Below, piece by piece: positions 27,925 through 32,000 of a DNA stretch of 32,000 nt. The stretch comes from Patescibacteria group bacterium (GTDB taxonomy: Bacteria; Patescibacteriota; Patescibacteriia; 2-01-FULL-39-33), in assembly GCA_041662745.1 (NCBI GenBank), contig JBAZRV010000004.1, forward strand, positions 60,001 to 92,000. Reading direction: 5' to 3'. The position numbers were made by a program, and so were the translations under genes. The stretch's first letter is position 1. Each line of letters opens with the position of its first letter. The notes under the pieces are model-generated. The model searched no databases, was not told the origin of the DNA, and saw only the letters and a list, made by a program, of their open reading frames with translations.

Positions 27925-28860
27925 CTATCGCTTTACTCTGATTAGTCCGGAAAATGCTGCGACTTCCACGCCCTGCCCTTCCAATTCATCCAAAAACAGA
28001 TTAACGCCCAGGGAATCGGAAGACATATGCCCGGCAATCACCACATTGACATGATGCTTCTGCGCCTCTTTCTTATGTTCTTCGCTCATATGCATGCCGA
28101 CAATCGTACCGATGCCGGCGTGCGCCATCTTTTCATAAATATCCTTGGAATTGGAAGTGCCGCCGGTGATTTCCGTCAAAACAATTTTACCGCAATAGTT
28201 GTCCTCGCTGCCGGCAAAAATTTTCGGTCCGGTTTTCTTCTTGGCCGCCAATTGATATTCGGGAATTTCTTTCAGCAATTTCATCAATTCGCCGACCGTC
28301 TCCAATTCCACCGCTTCCACCCTGTCTTTCAAGAATTTAGCCGCCAAATTATCGCAAGGGGTATGCAGGCAGACTAAATTAATATCCAACAATCGCGCCG
28401 CATCCACCGGACGCTGATGGTTGGCCGGCGAAACGCCTCGCGCCACTTCAGACACCCTTTCTTTAGTGATGGCCTGCGCCACATTAATTGGCACGCCGTA
28501 CTGCGCCAGCACCTCGGCCTGCAGGTGCATGACATCGCCCAGATCGGCCAGGGCTTCGCCTTCCGGATGATGGGCGATAACCGTATCATAACCCAACTGC
28601 TTGGCCAAGATCAACTCCGGCGTTTCAATATCAATGCCACACAGGATTTTTTTCACCTCCCGGCCGTTATCGTACAGAATCCTGCTATCGGCATAAGGAT
28701 TAACGAGTTTCTCCGCATCAAAATCTTCTTTCTGTTCCTCGTTCAGCTTATCAAACTTTTCCTTAGTCTTGGCTAAGTTTTTTCTCACTCTCTCGCCGCC
28801 GCGCAAATCCGCCTCAATCCCCAGTTTGACAGCCAGATTATAAATGTCTTTAAGCAACAT
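27925..28860 (-). CDS. NIF3/DUF34-family-like protein
   Basis: VKKILCGIDIETPELILAKQLGYDTVIAHHPEG, VCLHTPCDNLAAKF, VVIAGHMSSDSLGVN. Start at MLLKDIYN. Confidence 0.78.
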   Translation of the reverse strand: MLLKDIYNLAVKLGIEADLRGGERVRKNLAKTKEKFDKLNEEQKEDFDAEKLVNPYADSRILYDNGREVKKILCGIDIETPELILAKQLGYDTVIAHHPEGEALADLGDVMHLQAEVLAQYGVPINVAQAITKERVSEVARGVSPANHQRPVDAARLLDINLVCLHTPCDNLAAKFLKDRVEAVELETVGELMKLLKEIPEYQLAAKKKTGPKIFAGSEDNYCGKIVLTEITGGTSNSKDIYEKMAHAGIGTIVGMHMSEEHKKEAQKHHVNVVIAGHMSSDSLGVNLFLDELEGQGVEVAAFSGLIRVKR

Positions 28861-28966
28861 AAAATTAAGATTAAAATTATTAATTAATCTAACCATTAAT
28901 TGGAAAAAAAGTCAAACAAAAATCATCCCAGGCTTCTGACGGCCGGGGATGATAGGAAAATAAAAT

Positions 28967-30010
28967 TTATATTTCCTTGCCCATGATCACTTGGGGCAAT
29001 TCACGGAAATCCTGCACCACTCTTTCCAGCTTGCTGGTTTCTTCGTTGCCCACCAAGCGATCAAACAGCACTGTCCAGCCGGCCCACTGAAAGGTGGTAA
29101 TCAGTCCGGTAACTGCAAAGATTATTAGCAATATGGCGATCAAGCAAACAAGGGAAATAATCATTTTTATCCAAAAAGCTAAAAATGGAAAATATAACGG
29201 GATCACCACGACCGAGACGGCAACAAAAACCAAAACCAAGAAGGTAACAATAAAGGCGGCAACCATATAAGCCAAAAACATAAACAAAGCCATCTCCAAA
29301 GAAATCAGCCAATTGGCCCTGAATAACTCCCAAGCGGAAACCAAAGCGGTTTTCATTTTTTGCTTCTTAAGCAAAATGAAAAAAATCTGATACTTGATTA
29401 CAAAAGAAATTATCAAAGCCAAAATCACAAAAATCAAAAAAGACAAAATATAAATCACTACGCCCCAGGCGCCCAGGCCGGAAATCAAGCCTGCTTGCCA
29501 GCCCAATAAAGAGAACAAGGCAAACAAAACCAGTTTCAGCAAAACCACTGCGCCAAAAACCGGCCAAAAGTTGGCCCAGGCAAACTGCAAGGCCTCTTTC
29601 AGTAAGGGTTTCTTGTTGCGGTTATGCAAGGCAATATTGCGGATAAGCCCGGATTGGCATAAAACAGCAACGGCGATGACGGCAAAAATTATAATCAAAG
29701 AAATTAACAGGATCAGCAGGGCAACACCCAAAAGAAGAGCGCTGGACGGCCAAGCCGCCTGAAAAGCCGACCAACTCAATGCGGCGCCGCCGGCCACAGC
29801 CGTGGCCGCGCCCTCCTGGAAACCGCTGACCACTGAGCTGACGATATTGGTTGAGGAATTATTGAAAAAAGCGCGGGAGATTATTTCATATTCGCCGCCG
29901 GACGAAATCAAAACGGCAACAAGTCCCAGCCACCAAAGCTTTTTATAGCTCCAGGTTATTTCCCAGGCCCGTTTCAAGACAGGACGATAAAGATAATTGG
30001 TTGTTTGCAT
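28967..30010 (-). CDS. Polytopic membrane protein of unknown function
   Basis: 347 aa with several hydrophobic segments (LLLGVALLILLISLIIIFAVIAVAVL, GVVIYILSFLIFVILALIISF, FIVTFLVLVFVAVSVVVIPLYF). Confidence 0.8.
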   Translation of the reverse strand: MQTTNYLYRPVLKRAWEITWSYKKLWWLGLVAVLISSGGEYEIISRAFFNNSSTNIVSSVVSGFQEGAATAVAGGAALSWSAFQAAWPSSALLLGVALLILLISLIIIFAVIAVAVLCQSGLIRNIALHNRNKKPLLKEALQFAWANFWPVFGAVVLLKLVLFALFSLLGWQAGLISGLGAWGVVIYILSFLIFVILALIISFVIKYQIFFILLKKQKMKTALVSAWELFRANWLISLEMALFMFLAYMVAAFIVTFLVLVFVAVSVVVIPLYFPFLAFWIKMIISLVCLIAILLIIFAVTGLITTFQWAGWTVLFDRLVGNEETSKLERVVQDFRELPQVIMGKEI

Positions 30011-30076
30011 ATATTTGATTAAATTGCTTACTTATATATTATAGCATAAAAAAACACTAAGACAAGAAGCAAATAT

Positions 30077-30106
30077 AAAAACCGCCGCAATCAGCGACGG
30101 TTTTTT
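30077..30106 (-). terminator. Terminator after ftsH
   Basis: Minus strand ACCGTCGC-TGATT-GCGGCGGT followed by TTTTATA. Confidence 0.82.
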
Positions 30107-30120
30107 AAAAAATGTCTTCA

Positions 30121-31932
30121 TTAAACGAATAACTTTTCAAATTCTTCCGACTCTATGGTTTCCTTTTCTATCAGCGTATTGGCGATCTTATCCAGATACT
30201 CCCGTTTCTCGGTAACGACTTTTAAGGCCAGCTTGGCGGCCTCGTCCAGCAAACGGCTAATCTCTTTATCAATTTCTTCAGCGGTTCGGTCGGAATAATC
30301 GCGCTCCTCGTGCAGCTCCCGGCCCAAAAAAATCAATTCTTCGCGTTCGCCGAAAGTCCGCAGTCCCAGTTTTTCGCTCATGCCGAAGTCCGAGATTAAA
30401 CGGCGCGCCAGCTTGGTGGCCTGGCGCAGATCATTCTGATCGCCGGTAGTCACTTCGTTGAATACTTCTTCTTCAGCGATACGGCCGGCCAGCATTACCG
30501 CCAAATCCTCTAGGAACTCACTCTTCGTATGAAGTTTTTTATCTTCTAATGGTAACTTTAAGGTATAACCGGCGGCGGAACCGCGGGCGATGATAGAAAC
30601 TTTTCTGACCGGATCGGTGTTAGGCAACTCATGAGCGACCAAGGCATGACCGGCTTCATGATAAGCCGTAATCTTTTTCTCCTTATCATTCAAAATATGG
30701 CTCTTGCGTTCCGGACCAAGCAAAACCTTGTCAATGCAGGATAAAATATCATTTTGGATTACCGATTTCTGATTGGTTAGGGCGGCTTTAATGGCTGCTT
30801 CGTTCAAGAGATTCATTAAGTCGGCGCCGGAAAATCCCGGCGTGCGTTCCGCCACTTGGCGCAAATCCACATCCTTGGCCAAGGGTTTCTTCTTGGCGTG
30901 GACTTTCATGATGGCTTCGCGATCATTGATGTCGGGCAAATCCAGAGTGACTCGGCGATCAAACCGGCCGGGCCGCAACAAGGCGGCGTCAAGGACATCG
31001 GGACGGTTGGTGGCGGCCATGACAATTACGTTGTCTGACGGTTCAAAACCGTCCATCTCGGTTAAAATCTGATTCAGGGTCTGTTCGCGTTCATCGTGCG
31101 ATCCGCCCAAACCGGCTCCGCGTTGGCGGCCGACAGCGTCAATCTCATCAATGAAGATAATGCATGGCGAATGTTTTTTGGCTTTCTTAAACAGGTCGCG
31201 GACGCGGGATGCGCCCACGCCGACAAACATCTCCACGAACTCCGAACCGGAGATGGAAAAAAACGGCACGTTGGCTTCGCCGGCTACAGCCTTGGCCAGC
31301 AAGGTCTTGCCGGTGCCGGGAGAGCCCAACAGCAGAACGCCCTTGGGAATAGTGGCGCCCATGGCCAAAAACTTTTTCGGGCTTTTCAGAAAATCCACAA
31401 CTTCCAATAATTCCTGCTTGGCCTCTTTAACGCCGGCCACGTCCTTGAAGGTAATCTTATTGTCTTTGTCCGGATTAAATTGCCGCGCGCCGCTTTGGCC
31501 GAAAGACATGGCTTTATTATTGGCGCCCGAAGCGGATTTTAGCATAAACCAGAAAAAGGCCAAAATTATAATGGCCGGAATAACGATAGGCAAAAGCGTG
31601 GCCAGCCAAAATTTCCAACCGGCTTCGTTCTTAATATTAATGGCGACTTGGCGAATCTTTTCCGGCGCCACATTATAGTTTTTCAGCATGGCGCTTAGGG
31701 ACTCCTCGGTCTCTTTCTGCACCATTAACTTGCTGCCGTCAGTCAGGATAACGGTTAAAGTATTGGACTCCACATCAATTGATTTGACGGTGTCACTTTC
31801 AATCGCGCTGACCAAAGTGGTAAAATCCGCTTCCTTGGGTTGACTTTGCTGGACTTGCAAGAAAGAAAAAACCACTAAGATGACGATAAAAATTCCGATA
31901 TAAATCAGGGTGTTTTTGGAAATATTTTTCAT
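30121..31932 (-). CDS. ftsH: ATP-dependent zinc metalloprotease FtsH
   Basis: [76 protein letters not shown]. Start at MKNISKN. Confidence 0.97.
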   Translation of the reverse strand: MKNISKNTLIYIGIFIVILVVFSFLQVQQSQPKEADFTTLVSAIESDTVKSIDVESNTLTVILTDGSKLMVQKETEESLSAMLKNYNVAPEKIRQVAINIKNEAGWKFWLATLLPIVIPAIIILAFFWFMLKSASGANNKAMSFGQSGARQFNPDKDNKITFKDVAGVKEAKQELLEVVDFLKSPKKFLAMGATIPKGVLLLGSPGTGKTLLAKAVAGEANVPFFSISGSEFVEMFVGVGASRVRDLFKKAKKHSPCIIFIDEIDAVGRQRGAGLGGSHDEREQTLNQILTEMDGFEPSDNVIVMAATNRPDVLDAALLRPGRFDRRVTLDLPDINDREAIMKVHAKKKPLAKDVDLRQVAERTPGFSGADLMNLLNEAAIKAALTNQKSVIQNDILSCIDKVLLGPERKSHILNDKEKKITAYHEAGHALVAHELPNTDPVRKVSIIARGSAAGYTLKLPLEDKKLHTKSEFLEDLAVMLAGRIAEEEVFNEVTTGDQNDLRQATKLARRLISDFGMSEKLGLRTFGEREELIFLGRELHEERDYSDRTAEEIDKEISRLLDEAAKLALKVVTEKREYLDKIANTLIEKETIESEEFEKLFV

Positions 31933-31968
31933 AGGTTGTGAATAATTTGCTATAATTAACTTAGACGA

Positions 31969-31997
31969 ATCATAACACATAACTATGGCTAAGTCAA
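31969..31997 (-). promoter_or_regulatory. Probable ftsH promoter
   Basis: Minus strand TTGACT (31997-31992), 17 bp spacer, TATGAT (31974-31969). Confidence 0.65.
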
Positions 31998-32000
31998 ACA

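Noticed and set aside
1-32000. Defence island, biosynthetic cluster or prophage
   Set aside because: All large ORFs are housekeeping or single unknown genes; no toxin-antitoxin, restriction, CRISPR, NRPS/PKS or phage structural genes were recognised.

Overview
This 32 kb window reads as an ordinary, densely packed core chromosome segment. Gene content and style suggest a Patescibacteria/CPR-like bacterium, but that assignment is inference only. Recognisable genes: glyS, AI-2E transporter, smpB, infC-rpmI-rplT, rpsF-ssb-rpsR-efp, recA, a RodZ-like gene, ftsK, a MerR-like regulator, rpoB-rpoC, a B12-binding-type radical SAM gene, a DUF2103-like gene, a MurE-like ligase, ruvA, a NIF3-like gene and ftsH. 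I saw no CRISPR array, transposon, rRNA or tRNA. Features absent from the ORF track that I read by eye: (1) a tmRNA gene (ssrA) directly downstream of smpB, with tRNA-like ends and a stop codon in a hairpin loop; (2) a family of degenerate 7-bp-period tandem repeats in several intergenic spacers, with a different unit at each locus; (3) a perfect consensus promoter followed by a possible antiterminator/terminator leader before rpsF; (4) a perfect TTGACA-N17-TATAAT promoter plus a very strong Shine-Dalgarno driving two tandem tiny Cys-rich (CRLCG) proteins next to ruvA, the best candidate for something undescribed; (5) a large partial ORF at the left edge with a PcfJ-reminiscent motif. Other points are a non-canonical EF-P tip loop, a MurE-like ligase lacking its N-terminal domain, and an acidic tail after the FtsK gamma domain.
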